NCBI GenBank assembly: GCA_044229845.1
Contig: JBGASG010000006.1
Coordinates: 256,001 to 320,000, forward strand
Direction: 5' to 3'
DNA length: 64,000 nucleotides
Source: Candidatus Obscuribacteraceae bacterium
GTDB taxonomy: Bacteria > Cyanobacteriota > Vampirovibrionia > Obscuribacterales > Obscuribacteraceae
The notes beneath the pieces are model-generated. The model was not told the origin of the DNA. It did no database searches and was given only the letters and a program-made list of their open reading frames with translations. Within the stretch, counting starts at the first letter, position 1. The number at the start of each line of letters is the position of its first letter. A program made the translations under genes and the position numbers. Below are positions 28,110-38,077 of this stretch, one piece after another.

Positions 28110-28182
28110 GGGGCGTTAGCGCAGTTGGTAGCGCGCTTCAATGGCATTGAAGAGGTCACCGGTTCGACCCCGGTACGCTCCA
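28110..28182 (+). tRNA. tRNA-Ala(GGC)
   Basis: Cloverleaf; acceptor GGGGCGT/ACGCTCC with G3:U70; anticodon arm CTTCA-ATGGCAT-TGAAG; GGTTCGA T-loop; CCA not encoded. Confidence 0.97.
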
Positions 28183-28190
28183 AGTCTTTC

Positions 28191-28223
28191 AAGAGCTGGT
28201 CTTTGCGGCCAGCTCTTATTTTT
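28191..28223 (+). terminator. Terminator after tRNA-Ala
   Basis: AAGAGCTGG...CCAGCTCTT followed by ATTTTT. Confidence 0.75.
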
Positions 28224-28273
28224 CGTCCACACACCTTAACAGCAGGAAGTCAGGACGAGCCCTAGCTGCGGGT

Positions 28274-29089
28274 TCAGTAGCCTTCGGACTGGTAATCGAG
28301 TCCAGCCGCCAGTTCTTTGACGCGTTCGACGGAAGACTGCACCGTGCCGTCATTGCGCAACTCCAGCCAACGGTAGCCAGGAGCGGCGCGATCCAGCGAA
28401 AAGTCCTCGGTGCGCGGCTCGAATTGCACGCAGGTTGAAGGCGAAGCCATGAGTTTCACCTGGTTTCTCATGCCGTCGAACTGTTGATGAATGTGCCCCC
28501 ACAAGACCGCTCGCACATTCTCGTGACGATCGGCGACTCTCCAGAAGTCTTCGGAGTTTTCGACGCAAATGCCGTCCAACCAGGCGGCTCCCACGGGCAC
28601 CGGATGGTGGTGCATGCAGACCAATGCATGTTTGTCCGGATTTGCCTGCAGCGCCTCGTCCAACAAATCCAGCTGGTCCTGCTCCAGGCGCCCACCCACT
28701 TCGTTTTCAACCAGCGTGTCGAGCATGACGATCAGCCAGTCACCCGAGACGATCACCTTATCCGGGCGAATATCAGCCGGGCTCTGCTCGAACGCATCGT
28801 GCATGACGCCGCGCTTGTCATGGTTTCCCGGCAGGAAATAGGCCGGTGCTTCCAGCACCGTGAGCGCCCGCGCCAGGCGACGATAAGACTCACCGGTCTC
28901 ATCCTGTGAGAGATCACCGGTTAGCAAGTAGAGGTCGGGGGTGCCCCGCTGTTCCAGTGAAAGGTGCAGAACCTGGCGAAACGTGTCCGAAGTGTCAACG
29001 CCCATGAGGCGTCCTTCGGACGCTCCGAAGAAGTGCGTGTCCGTGAATTGCACTATGCGCAATGGCTGTCCACTGCCGTTGTTCTGCAT
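28274..29089 (-). CDS. cpdA: 3',5'-cyclic-AMP phosphodiesterase
   Basis: TDTH, TGDLSQD, PGNHD, HHHP, GHIHQ, PSTCVQF, PGYR. Confidence 0.9.
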   Translation of the reverse strand: MQNNGSGQPLRIVQFTDTHFFGASEGRLMGVDTSDTFRQVLHLSLEQRGTPDLYLLTGDLSQDETGESYRRLARALTVLEAPAYFLPGNHDKRGVMHDAFEQSPADIRPDKVIVSGDWLIVMLDTLVENEVGGRLEQDQLDLLDEALQANPDKHALVCMHHHPVPVGAAWLDGICVENSEDFWRVADRHENVRAVLWGHIHQQFDGMRNQVKLMASPSTCVQFEPRTEDFSLDRAAPGYRWLELRNDGTVQSSVERVKELAAGLDYQSEGY

Positions 29090-29205
29090 GAGGGCACTCT
29101 TTCAAACTCATACAAGCTTACCTCAGTGACCCCATTTCTTGTAGTGGAGGGTTGGGGAACGGCGAGCGGGGCGATTGAAGCGTCAAACCGCTAAAATTGC
29201 TAGTT

Positions 29206-30072
29206 ATGCGAAAGAGTCTGGTTGCCTTAGTTTTACTCGCAGTTGGGCTGCTGTTAATTTTGCTGCAACTGGTAGGCAGCGTGCCGGATTTACTGAAAAC
29301 CGTCGGACTCCACGTGCAAACCCCAGCCAGCTATGCCTTCCCTGAATACGACCGGGCTTTGAAATCCTGCGTCAAGGGGAACCTGGTCGACTACAAAAGC
29401 TTGCAACAATCCGGCGATCTGGGCGCCGCGGTAAAGGCTTTGGAGACCATCAGTCCGGACAAATTGAGCAACGACGAAGATAAGCTGCCCTTCTGGATCA
29501 ATGCTCATAACCTGTTGGTCCTGAAAAATATCTCGGACCATTACCCGATTGTAGACACCCGCCAACTGGGACAAAGCACCAGCATGCGGCGCTTCATCGT
29601 GGGCGGCAAGCTTTATACAATTCAGGATATCGAGATTGACAAGCTTTATCCGCTTGCCACCAAATATGATGCGCTGTCAGTGTTTCTGATCAGCAACGGC
29701 GCCCGGGGCGGGCCGCCTTTGCTCGACCACGCCATTCAGCCCTCGGCAGGCAAGACCGAAGCAGAGCGAGCCGCTCGCGCCTTCGCCACCGACCCGCATA
29801 ACGCCTCACTGGATGAGACCAAAACTTCCTTCTATATTTCGCGCTACTACAAAATGGTCGACCGAACTTTGAAACGTGACTATCCAAATGCATTCGCTCT
29901 AGTGGGTTCATTCTTGCCTGAAGACATGCGCATGATCATCGGGCTTCCCGGTGAAAAGCTGCGTTATTTCAGCGAATTCGACACCCGGTTGAACGATTGC
30001 TCGCAGCCGATTCCTCAGCCCAGTGCACAGCCCCCCGCAGATACGAAAGAAGTACAGCATGCCGCGCCATAA
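29206..30072 (+). CDS. DUF547 domain protein
   Basis: VDY...FWINAHN motif; N-terminal TM. Confidence 0.75.
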   Translation: MRKSLVALVLLAVGLLLILLQLVGSVPDLLKTVGLHVQTPASYAFPEYDRALKSCVKGNLVDYKSLQQSGDLGAAVKALETISPDKLSNDEDKLPFWINAHNLLVLKNISDHYPIVDTRQLGQSTSMRRFIVGGKLYTIQDIEIDKLYPLATKYDALSVFLISNGARGGPPLLDHAIQPSAGKTEAERAARAFATDPHNASLDETKTSFYISRYYKMVDRTLKRDYPNAFALVGSFLPEDMRMIIGLPGEKLRYFSEFDTRLNDCSQPIPQPSAQPPADTKEVQHAAP

Positions 30073-32161
30073 GAGCAACCTATCGATAGTGGCTGCAGCC
30101 GGACTGATGGTGGCTTGCTGCACCTTCGCCTGCGCCAGCCGCGCGCCCGGGCCCGATACCATATCCGGTGTGGCGGGCGGCAACTCATCGCCATCGCCCC
30201 TGTCCATCGCCCAGGCACCGCCCTCGGTATCTCTGGAACCGTTGCCCAACAAAGAGTTTCTTCAGAAAAACTCCATGCTGCTCATTTATCCCAGAGCCGA
30301 CGCAGAGATCAACGCGCCATCCACTTTCTTTGTCGGCGCCACAGCTCCCGGCAGCACGCTCACCTTGAACGGCGCACCCGTGCGCACCAACGCGCAGGGA
30401 TTTTTCGCTCACGTCGCACCACTGAAGCGCGGGCAAAACCAGTTCTCGCTTGTGCGCAGCGGACAGACAGCAGATGCCATCACTCTGAAAGTGAAGCGAC
30501 CGGCGGCTCCCTCGGCCATGTCCGGTCCCCTCAAGATCGATAGTGCCTCAGCTCATCCAGCGGAAGATATCGGCGTCACGTCCGGCGATATCGTGCCGTT
30601 TTCCGTACGCGCCCACGCCGGCTCCGCCGTGGCAGTCTTCGTCGGTACCAAGAAAATCCCACTTACCAGCGCTGCTGCCGGCAAAGTGAATGTCGGGCTC
30701 AACACTACATTTGGTGTCACTTATCAGGCTGGTGTCTCCCGTGATCCCAATCTCTACGTGGGCTTCTACAAGGTGCAGCCAGGGGACGCTTTCGACCACG
30801 CGGCACCTAAATTTGTCGCCAGCAAAGGCGGGCAAAGTACACAGTTCGTCTCCAAGAAAACCATAACGGTGTTTGCGCAACCGAAGATTTTGCAAACCGC
30901 CCATCCTGAAACGATCGTCCGCCTCGGTCCCGGCGCCGCGCGCACGACGCCTGCGCCTGAGGGGGTGCGGCTGCTGGTGGACGGCTATTACGGCACCCAG
31001 ACCCGGTGCGAACTGGCACCCGGCAAGCATGTCTGGATCGACCGCGAAGACCTGAAAGAAGATGCAGAACCGGGACGTCCGCCGCTGGCTACTGTGCGCA
31101 CGATGAACCTGGAATCGGATCCGCTCAGCGCCCGCATTGTCATCCCACTGGACCAGCGGCTGCCCTTCCAGATCGACCAAACTCTCAACCCTAATCGCCT
31201 GACCCTGAAACTTTATGGTGCCACGGCCGATACCGATTGGATCGGACCCGCCCCGCCCACCGGCGCGCCCGGCGCCGCGGGACAGAGTGGCGCGCCCGGT
31301 GCCGGCGCCGAAAAGCCGGAGGGCAACCTGATACCGGGCAGTCGCCAGGAAGAATCAGCTCTGATCAAAAACGTTGTCTGGAGACAGACGTCCGACCGGG
31401 TCTATCAGGTGGTCGTCGATCTCAAGCTCAAGCAGCAATGGGGCTTCTGGGGAGACTACGAAGGGACCAATCTGGTTTTGCATGTGCGCAGGCCACCAAA
31501 TGTGGTGCCGGGTTCCGGCAGTTTGAAGAATTTGATCGTTTGTGTCGACCCCGGGCATGGCGGCAAAGAAACCGGAGCCTTCGGACTTACCGGCGTGCGT
31601 GAGTCTCAAATCAACCTGGCTATCGGACTGAAGCTCAAAGAACTGCTCGAGCGAGCCGGCGCTACCGTGATCATGACGCGCACCAGCGACGATATCACCG
31701 TTTCGCTGCCGGATCGGACAAACACGGCAGCTGCCGCCAACGCCAATCTATTGATATCCGTGCACAACAACTCCTTGCCGGACGGGCGTGATCCGTGGAA
31801 AGAACGCGGAACCTCCACCTATTATTATCAGCCGCAATCACTGGCGCTGGCGCGCACTCTCAAGGACAACGTCGTCGGTTCCACAGGATTTCCCGATTTC
31901 GGTACCCGCTACCAGAACCTGGCCCTGTGCCGCCCCAGCAAGATGCTCGCCAGCCTCGTTGAAGTAGGCTTCATGATTCACCCGGACGAATATGCTCAAC
32001 TCTTGCAGCCCTCGTTGCACGAGAAGGCTGCAGCCGGGATAGTAAACGGCGTCAAAAAGTTTCTGGCTGCGCAATTGCAAGCGCCGGCAGCCACCTCTAA
32101 TTCCAATCAAATGGACGCTCACGACACTAACGACACGGAAGAACAAGGTCAGGATAGATAA
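30059..32161 (+). CDS. N-acetylmuramoyl-L-alanine amidase (Amidase_3), exported
   Basis: VDPGHGG, E-x-x-INL, ISVHNN, LVEVGF; long N-terminal beta-rich region. Confidence 0.9.
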   Translation: MPRHKSNLSIVAAAGLMVACCTFACASRAPGPDTISGVAGGNSSPSPLSIAQAPPSVSLEPLPNKEFLQKNSMLLIYPRADAEINAPSTFFVGATAPGSTLTLNGAPVRTNAQGFFAHVAPLKRGQNQFSLVRSGQTADAITLKVKRPAAPSAMSGPLKIDSASAHPAEDIGVTSGDIVPFSVRAHAGSAVAVFVGTKKIPLTSAAAGKVNVGLNTTFGVTYQAGVSRDPNLYVGFYKVQPGDAFDHAAPKFVASKGGQSTQFVSKKTITVFAQPKILQTAHPETIVRLGPGAARTTPAPEGVRLLVDGYYGTQTRCELAPGKHVWIDREDLKEDAEPGRPPLATVRTMNLESDPLSARIVIPLDQRLPFQIDQTLNPNRLTLKLYGATADTDWIGPAPPTGAPGAAGQSGAPGAGAEKPEGNLIPGSRQEESALIKNVVWRQTSDRVYQVVVDLKLKQQWGFWGDYEGTNLVLHVRRPPNVVPGSGSLKNLIVCVDPGHGGKETGAFGLTGVRESQINLAIGLKLKELLERAGATVIMTRTSDDITVSLPDRTNTAAAANANLLISVHNNSLPDGRDPWKERGTSTYYYQPQSLALARTLKDNVVGSTGFPDFGTRYQNLALCRPSKMLASLVEVGFMIHPDEYAQLLQPSLHEKAAAGIVNGVKKFLAAQLQAPAATSNSNQMDAHDTNDTEEQGQDR

Positions 32162-32920
32162 ATGTCGGATCTGCTCGCGATTAGCATTGGCAACACACGG
32201 ATAACCTGCGGCATCTTCAAAAGCGGTGCCCTTCTGGAAACATCTCACTTCGACACGGTGAAAGCCGCCGGCGCAGCGCGCACCATCGCCGGCGACCTGG
32301 CGTCCAAGATGCCGGTGGCTTTGTGCTCCGTAGTGCCACACGCCGCCGAGCAGGTGAAGGCGGCCCTTGCCGAACAAAATATTCGCGCCTTCGAAGTAAC
32401 GCAGAAGGGCACCGCGCATCTGATTAAGAACACCTATGAGACCATGGGCGCCGACCGCATCGCCAACGCCGTGGCGGCTCACAAGATCTACGGCGGCGAA
32501 AAGGATGTCTTGATTCTCGACTTCGGAACCTGCACCACATTAACCGCGGTTGGGTCCGATGGCACCTTCCGTGGTGGCTTCATCACGCTCGGTCTGGGCA
32601 AGACCCTGGAAGCTCTGCACGAATCAACCGCTCAATTGCCGGTCACCAAGATCGGCATGCAAGACATGCCGCAGCTGGCCTTTGATACCACAGCCGCGAT
32701 CATCGACGGCACCTTCCTCGGTCACATCGGATTGATCGAACAGTGGATCAAACTGTCGCGCAAGCAAGTCGGACGCGATGCCACCACAATCGCCACCGGC
32801 GGTTGGAGCGAAGTGGTCGGACGCCACAGCACACAGATTGATGTAATGGACCCGTATCTAACCCTTAGAGGGATATATTCGGTTGCCGAGGCGGCAAAGG
32901 TCCCAGAGGATCGAGGTTGA
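32162..32920 (+). CDS. coaX: Type III pantothenate kinase
   Basis: IGNT, MGADR, DFGTCTT, ATGG, LTLRG. Confidence 0.92.
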   Translation: MSDLLAISIGNTRITCGIFKSGALLETSHFDTVKAAGAARTIAGDLASKMPVALCSVVPHAAEQVKAALAEQNIRAFEVTQKGTAHLIKNTYETMGADRIANAVAAHKIYGGEKDVLILDFGTCTTLTAVGSDGTFRGGFITLGLGKTLEALHESTAQLPVTKIGMQDMPQLAFDTTAAIIDGTFLGHIGLIEQWIKLSRKQVGRDATTIATGGWSEVVGRHSTQIDVMDPYLTLRGIYSVAEAAKVPEDRG

Positions 32921-33062
32921 ACTGGCGCTCCAGCGCTTCACGATAGTCCAGATTGGTGATGGCTTCGATCGAATACAACTCGTCTTCCCAGTAGCTGGCC
33001 TCGCGTCCGCTCAACTCTTCCAGTCGCTTCGCGAGATGACCTGGCAAACTCGAATCGTTCAT
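32865..33062 (-). CDS. Small hypothetical protein (65 aa)
   Basis: AGAGGAAG RBS before ATG; protein-like composition; overlaps the coaX 3' end. Confidence 0.55.
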   Translation of the reverse strand: MNDSSLPGHLAKRLEELSGREASYWEDELYSIEAITNLDYREALERQFNLDPLGPLPPRQPNISL

Positions 33063-33475
33063 GCTTCCTCTTTCTCTAGGCTAACTCTGTGTCAGCCGGT
33101 TACTCATAATTGTGGTGACTTATAAAAAGCGGTATCACTTCAATATATGATTTTCGCCTTTCGGATAATGTCCGGAAACCAGCTTGCTGCCTTGTTTCCG
33201 CCACCAACGTCAGTTTAGTTTCTCGCGGTCAAAGAACAAGCCTTGACTTTTTTTCGCGAGTCTTGCCGCGCACTATTTTCGCTTGTCCGAAATTTGTTTA
33301 ACTGGGCGGGCTTGCGTGGCTCTCCTTCCTGTTTCCCGCCGAATATCGATTCATTATCGAAGCGCGATATGATCGATCTTGATCCAACTTGACGCTGCTG
33401 AGGATCATCCCGTTCCTTGCTTATCAGCAAGTGGTGTTATCATGTAGTTATCAAGCGCAGGCTTGGAGTGAGGAA

Positions 33476-33784
33476 ATGACCGTAATGAACTTGAAGATGC
33501 GCCTGGAGAGATTATGCGACACCAAGTCGTGGGCGCGTCTGCACTTTGCCGACGGCACGGCTTTGACCGGCAGGCTTTTGCGACTGGGACACGATTACGT
33601 CGAGATGGAGTGCTACGGCGAAACCGATCACCCGACCGATCGTGATTATGCCAAACACCTGGTGCCGCTGGGCTTGCTTAAGTTCATCACGGTTGAATCT
33701 TCGCTGTTCGCCGATGCCGAACGCCGCCGCCTCAATTATCTGGCGTCACTGCCAGCAGACAGCCTGCCCGAACTGGAACGTTAG
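33476..33784 (+). CDS. Hypothetical protein, possibly Sm/LSm-like beta fold
   Basis: GAGG RBS; pattern LHFADGTALTGRLLRLGHDYVE...LVPL. Confidence 0.65.
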   Translation: MTVMNLKMRLERLCDTKSWARLHFADGTALTGRLLRLGHDYVEMECYGETDHPTDRDYAKHLVPLGLLKFITVESSLFADAERRRLNYLASLPADSLPELER

Positions 33785-33789
33785 GCGCG

Positions 33790-35211
33790 TTACTTAGCCA
33801 CCGCCGGCTCAGCTTTTTTTTTGCGTTTCTCTACCCAGCCTTCAAGATTTTCTTGCTTCGCTCGGCCGACCGCCAGAGAACCATCCGGTACGTCTTTGGT
33901 GACTGCCGTCAGCGCTCCAACGGCGCATTCTTTGCCGATCGTCACCGGTGCCACCAGTACTGAATTGCTGCCCGTGGACGAACCGTCACCAATGACGGTG
34001 CGCTGTTTTTTCTTCGTGATGTGGTCATAGTTGGCAGTGATAGTGCCGGCACCAATATTGACTCTGGTACCAAGGGTGGCATCACCGATGTAGCTCAGGT
34101 GAGAAACATTGGTTTTCACCCCGATCTGAGATTTCTTGATCTCAACGAAGTTGCCGATGCGGCAGTGGTTTTCGATGTCGGCATGCTCGCGGATATGAGC
34201 GAACGGACCGACGCGGCAATCGGAGCCGATTTTGCAGTTGGTGACCAGCGATTGCGAGACGGTGCACCCCGCACCGATTTCCACCGGACCGGTAATCACA
34301 GCAGAGGGACCAATCGTGCACCCGGGACCGATCGCCACTTTGCCGATGATCTGGCAGAAGGGCAAAATCACCGAGTCCTGGCCTATCTGCGCCTCCGGTG
34401 CTACCCAGGTGGACTGCGGATCAATAACCGTCACTCCATCCTCCAGGGACAGCCGTTGCACCACTCGATCGCGCATGAGCACGTTGGCTTCCGCCAGTTC
34501 CAGGCGCGAGTTGATACCCAGCACCTCCCGCCAGTCTTCGACCTGGTGGCTGGAGACCGGGTGTTTGGACTTCACGCACCACTCCAGTAAATCAGTCAGG
34601 TAATACTCTTTTTGACGATTGTCGTTTTTCAGCCCGTTCAGACCTTCTTCGATAGCCGGCCATTCGAAGCAATAGATGGCCGGATTGACTTCTTTTATCT
34701 GGCGCTCAGCTTCGGATGCGTCTTTGTGTTCGACAATTTTCTGAATCTTGCCGGCTTGGTCACGGACGATCCGTCCGTAGTTTTTTGCGTCGTCGACCAC
34801 TGTGGTCAACAAGCTCATCACTGCGCCGTCCTTGCGATGCTGGGCAATCAAGTCGCGCAGGGTTTCTCCGCGCAAAAGCGGCGTGTCGGAAACTGAAACC
34901 AGAAGTGTGCCTTTGAAGCCTTTCAGCGATGGCACGACTCGCCGCAAAGCATCGCCTGTGCCCAGCTGCGGTTCTTGCAGGTGTGCCGACCAGGGCGTTT
35001 TAGGCTCGCTTGCTGCCAAGTGCTCTTGGACAGCTTCGGCACCGTGTCCGACCACCACATGTATATGCTCCAGCGATAGCCCATCTAGGGCGTCCACGAT
35101 TCGCAAAATAACTGAGCGTCCGAGGACCTCGTGAAGCACTTTCGGCTTTTGCGAAAGCATTCTCTTGCCTTGCCCAGCCGCCAGCAACACACATCTAGCC
35201 TGACTTGTCAT
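33790..35211 (-). CDS. glmU: Bifunctional UDP-GlcNAc pyrophosphorylase/glucosamine-1-P N-acetyltransferase
   Basis: LAAGQGKRM...PKVLH, QLGTG, EYYLTD, hexapeptide repeats, GNFVEIK, HLSYIGD. Confidence 0.97.
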   Translation of the reverse strand: MTSQARCVLLAAGQGKRMLSQKPKVLHEVLGRSVILRIVDALDGLSLEHIHVVVGHGAEAVQEHLAASEPKTPWSAHLQEPQLGTGDALRRVVPSLKGFKGTLLVSVSDTPLLRGETLRDLIAQHRKDGAVMSLLTTVVDDAKNYGRIVRDQAGKIQKIVEHKDASEAERQIKEVNPAIYCFEWPAIEEGLNGLKNDNRQKEYYLTDLLEWCVKSKHPVSSHQVEDWREVLGINSRLELAEANVLMRDRVVQRLSLEDGVTVIDPQSTWVAPEAQIGQDSVILPFCQIIGKVAIGPGCTIGPSAVITGPVEIGAGCTVSQSLVTNCKIGSDCRVGPFAHIREHADIENHCRIGNFVEIKKSQIGVKTNVSHLSYIGDATLGTRVNIGAGTITANYDHITKKKQRTVIGDGSSTGSNSVLVAPVTIGKECAVGALTAVTKDVPDGSLAVGRAKQENLEGWVEKRKKKAEPAVAK

Positions 35212-35261
35212 GCACTTAATCCAGAAAATAGAGGGGGAACTCTAATTGTAGAGATAGCGCA

Positions 35262-35392
35262 AACAAAAATCCCAGCCTCTCGGCTGGGATTTCAATAATG
35301 GCCGCAGGGTTGGTGCTGCCCCAACAAACTCGATCCCTCAAGCTCCTCAAACTGGAGATACTGCGGATAGTGGCACAAGTGGTGCCTCGAAC
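35262..35392 (-). ncRNA. Candidate structured ncRNA or leader ending in an intrinsic terminator
   Basis: Several nested stems plus AAATCCCAGCC-GAGA-GGCTGGGATTTTT on the minus strand, with no credible minus-strand CDS upstream. Confidence 0.45.
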
Positions 35393-35681
35393 ACTCTTAT
35401 TTTGTAATACAAAGCTCCCAATGTGTAAAGGCTTAACTTTGTCGTTAGCATTGCACGCAATCTCTTTTCTGATTGCATCTTTGGTTCCGGGTCCTGCAAT
35501 GGCTTTCGCTATTTTGCTATATCCGTTACCTATCACGTAGATAGACTGAAAATTAGCCGCTGAGTTCCCGACGATTTTTCCAAATAACCCGCAGCCAAAT
35601 AGGGCGCGCGTCCGGCCGGGAATAAGCATTAAGATGATAGGCATTAAGGTATATTGCAGCACCGTCCCCCGAGTACTCAAA

Positions 35682-36602
35682 ATGCCCACCAGTTTTGCTT
35701 CTAGCCCGAAACCCGCCTGGCGGTTCCCGATCGCGGGACTGTTTGCCGCGCTGGTGGCTTTCCTGACCGCGACCATGCTGCCCGCGCCGGCAAGGGCGCA
35801 GTTTAAGAGCTATGCTCCGGGTGGCGGACAGCAGCAGTCCAATACATTTCGCCCTGGAATGCGCTCTGCTGCTCCAGCAGCCGGTTTCAAATATGGCGGA
35901 GGCATGGTCTACCCGGAGTTCAAAAACCCGCGCGGAATCGTCCACTGGACGCCCGACCGCATGCCCTTGAAAGTTTTTGTGGCGCCGGGTTGGAGCCTGG
36001 ATGAGTTCATCGATGACACTCTCGGAGCGCCGGTCGTCAACGTCGACAATGTCGGCGCCTGGCCGAAGTTTCTCCTGGAAACCATGCAAAAGCCTGAACA
36101 GTTGAAGGATTTGCCGATTGCAGACGGTTACACCGATCAAGGTCGCCAGGCCGCCATGCAGGGCATTCTCATGTGGAAACCCTTCGAGAAAGAGGGTCTC
36201 TTCAGCTATCAACTCACCGACGACCCCACCGAAGCGGATGTTTTCTACTTCTGGACCAACCACTTCGTCAATAAAATGGGGCTGGCTCTCTTCGCCAATG
36301 ACATTCGCGGGCTGACCTCCAAGGACACATTCCCGTACAAAGCGGTCCTGGCGGGCGGCAGGGCGGAGTTCAAACCGGTCTTGATTCTGTTGCGCACCAC
36401 CGAAGGCGACGGCTCACAAGTCACGCCCGGCAAGCTGAAAGCCTCAGCAGCGCATGAATTCGGGCACGCACTCGGCATCGACGGGCACTCGACGAATCCG
36501 ATTGACCTGATGAGCAAGTTTCACGGTAAAGGGCTGATATCCCCCAACGATGCCGCAACCATTCGCTTTATGTACAAGCATGCGCCGGACTTGATACCTT
36601 GA
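35682..36602 (+). CDS. Matrixin-family (M10-like) metalloprotease, exported
   Basis: HEFGHALGIDGHS...DLM Met-turn; signal peptide ending ARA. Confidence 0.88.
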   Translation: MPTSFASSPKPAWRFPIAGLFAALVAFLTATMLPAPARAQFKSYAPGGGQQQSNTFRPGMRSAAPAAGFKYGGGMVYPEFKNPRGIVHWTPDRMPLKVFVAPGWSLDEFIDDTLGAPVVNVDNVGAWPKFLLETMQKPEQLKDLPIADGYTDQGRQAAMQGILMWKPFEKEGLFSYQLTDDPTEADVFYFWTNHFVNKMGLALFANDIRGLTSKDTFPYKAVLAGGRAEFKPVLILLRTTEGDGSQVTPGKLKASAAHEFGHALGIDGHSTNPIDLMSKFHGKGLISPNDAATIRFMYKHAPDLIP

Positions 36603-37129
36603 CTCGCAGCTCGAGACTTCGCGAACGAGACTATCGAGACAGCCGTCCCGAGCCGCTCATCGCGTTTCTGCAGAAACACGGTCAGGCGGTAATGGCGATC
36701 GTCATGGTCTGCCTGGGTGGTGCCTATCTGGTCGGCAATGACATGACCGGCTCCTATCAGGGCAGCAGCCCGCTGACCGGTCCGGTGCAGCTGCGCATCG
36801 AGCGCCAGGGCGCCGAGGTCACCGGCACGATTACTTTGATGGGTGATACCACACTGGAAATCAGCGACGGGCGGGTTCTCGATAACGGTTCGCTGGAACT
36901 GTCCTTCACCACGCCCAAGACTCAAAACGCAGTGCTGCAGGGACGCATCGGCAGCTGGTCCGATCCATCTTTTGTGGGCAAAGTGGACGGCCCGAGGCTC
37001 TCGGGTTATAGCCTGGAATTGAACACTCTCGCCGGCACCTTTTCAAACGGCGATAAAGAAGTACAGCTGCGCCTCTACCGCAACATGTTCGCCTCGATGT
37101 TTCACACGTTCTGGTGGGAGCGCCAGTAG
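36599..37129 (+). CDS. Hypothetical single-TM protein
   Basis: TTGA overlap with upstream gene; TM helix then beta-rich domain. Confidence 0.7.
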   Translation: MTRSSRLRERDYRDSRPEPLIAFLQKHGQAVMAIVMVCLGGAYLVGNDMTGSYQGSSPLTGPVQLRIERQGAEVTGTITLMGDTTLEISDGRVLDNGSLELSFTTPKTQNAVLQGRIGSWSDPSFVGKVDGPRLSGYSLELNTLAGTFSNGDKEVQLRLYRNMFASMFHTFWWERQ

Positions 37130-37146
37130 CACCCGCCGCAGAAAGG

Positions 37147-38067
37147 CTACTGATCGACGTGGATGACGGTTGCCGCAGGCGGGCAGAAGATGCGGAAATT
37201 AGTTTTCGGATCGGCACCCAGACCGCGAGAGACGTGAATAGCCGTGTGCTTGCGGTAGACCACTCCGCTGGCTTCCTTGCGGTGCAACTCGGAGTCGGTG
37301 ATGATCGCCCCGATGCCGGGGATTCTCACTTGCCCGCCGTGTGTGTGTCCGGCAAACGCCACATCGATGCCGGCTTCCGGCAAGATGTTCAGATTGTGCG
37401 GCACGTGCAGCAATGCCAGACGCAAATAATCATCCGGCGCGTCGTCCACCAGCTTCTTCAAAGCACCACCGGCAATACCAGGATAATCGATGCCGATCAC
37501 CTGCAGACGGGCTTCGGGAATCTCAATCGCCTGATGGCGCAATACTTTATAGCCCACCTTTTCCAGCGCTTCGACCATCGGCTCCACCTGCCGCTTTTCC
37601 GGCGGATGGCGAAACTTCCTGAATAGTCGCCCGATAATCTTGTTGAAGTAGCTGTAGTCGTAATAGTCGTGGTTGCCCAGAACCGCGTAGGCGCCATAGC
37701 GCGGGCGCCGCTTCAGCAGAGCTTCCGCATACTGAATGCCGGTGAAATCTTCAAAGACATCCCCGGTCAAAACAATCATGTCGTAGTCCATGGACGTAAT
37801 GCGCCGCAAAAACTCCACCTTGTGCGACTCCGGCTGAGCCAGGTGCAGGTCGGAGATATGCAGAACTCTCAGCGGTGGGCGCGGCGGCACGCCCGTGCCG
37901 TTGACGTCACGGGGAATGCGAATGCGCACCATCTCCAGGTGATAGCGGCGCGCCTCTATTAAGCTGCCATAGAGGTAGGACGCTACCCCGGCTGCAATGG
38001 CAGCTCCACCGATTGCGGCCACCGCAGGCAGTGCGCGCCGCAAATTGAGCATGACTTTCGAATTCAT
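37147..38067 (-). CDS. Calcineurin-like metallophosphoesterase (YkuE-like)
   Basis: SDLH, TGD, GNHD, GHTHGGQ, VSRGLG. Confidence 0.9.
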   Translation of the reverse strand: MNSKVMLNLRRALPAVAAIGGAAIAAGVASYLYGSLIEARRYHLEMVRIRIPRDVNGTGVPPRPPLRVLHISDLHLAQPESHKVEFLRRITSMDYDMIVLTGDVFEDFTGIQYAEALLKRRPRYGAYAVLGNHDYYDYSYFNKIIGRLFRKFRHPPEKRQVEPMVEALEKVGYKVLRHQAIEIPEARLQVIGIDYPGIAGGALKKLVDDAPDDYLRLALLHVPHNLNILPEAGIDVAFAGHTHGGQVRIPGIGAIITDSELHRKEASGVVYRKHTAIHVSRGLGADPKTNFRIFCPPAATVIHVDQ

Positions 38068-38077
38068 AGGGATTCCG

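Noticed and set aside
28110..28182. tRNA-Ala as an island integration site
   Set aside because: No duplicated tRNA 3' end or integrase seen; flanking genes are housekeeping-type
33155..33180. dif-like half site TTCGGATAATGT
   Set aside because: The XerD arm (TTATGTTAAAT-like) is missing
35341..35352. Resemblance to the cyanobacterial Yfr1 motif ACTCCTCACAC
   Set aside because: Two mismatches, and it lies on the strand opposite the terminator orientation
35216..35776. 186-aa minus-strand ORF, and the 236-aa ORF at 35553..36263
   Set aside because: They overlap the metalloprotease gene antisense; the first also crosses a terminator and has atypical composition
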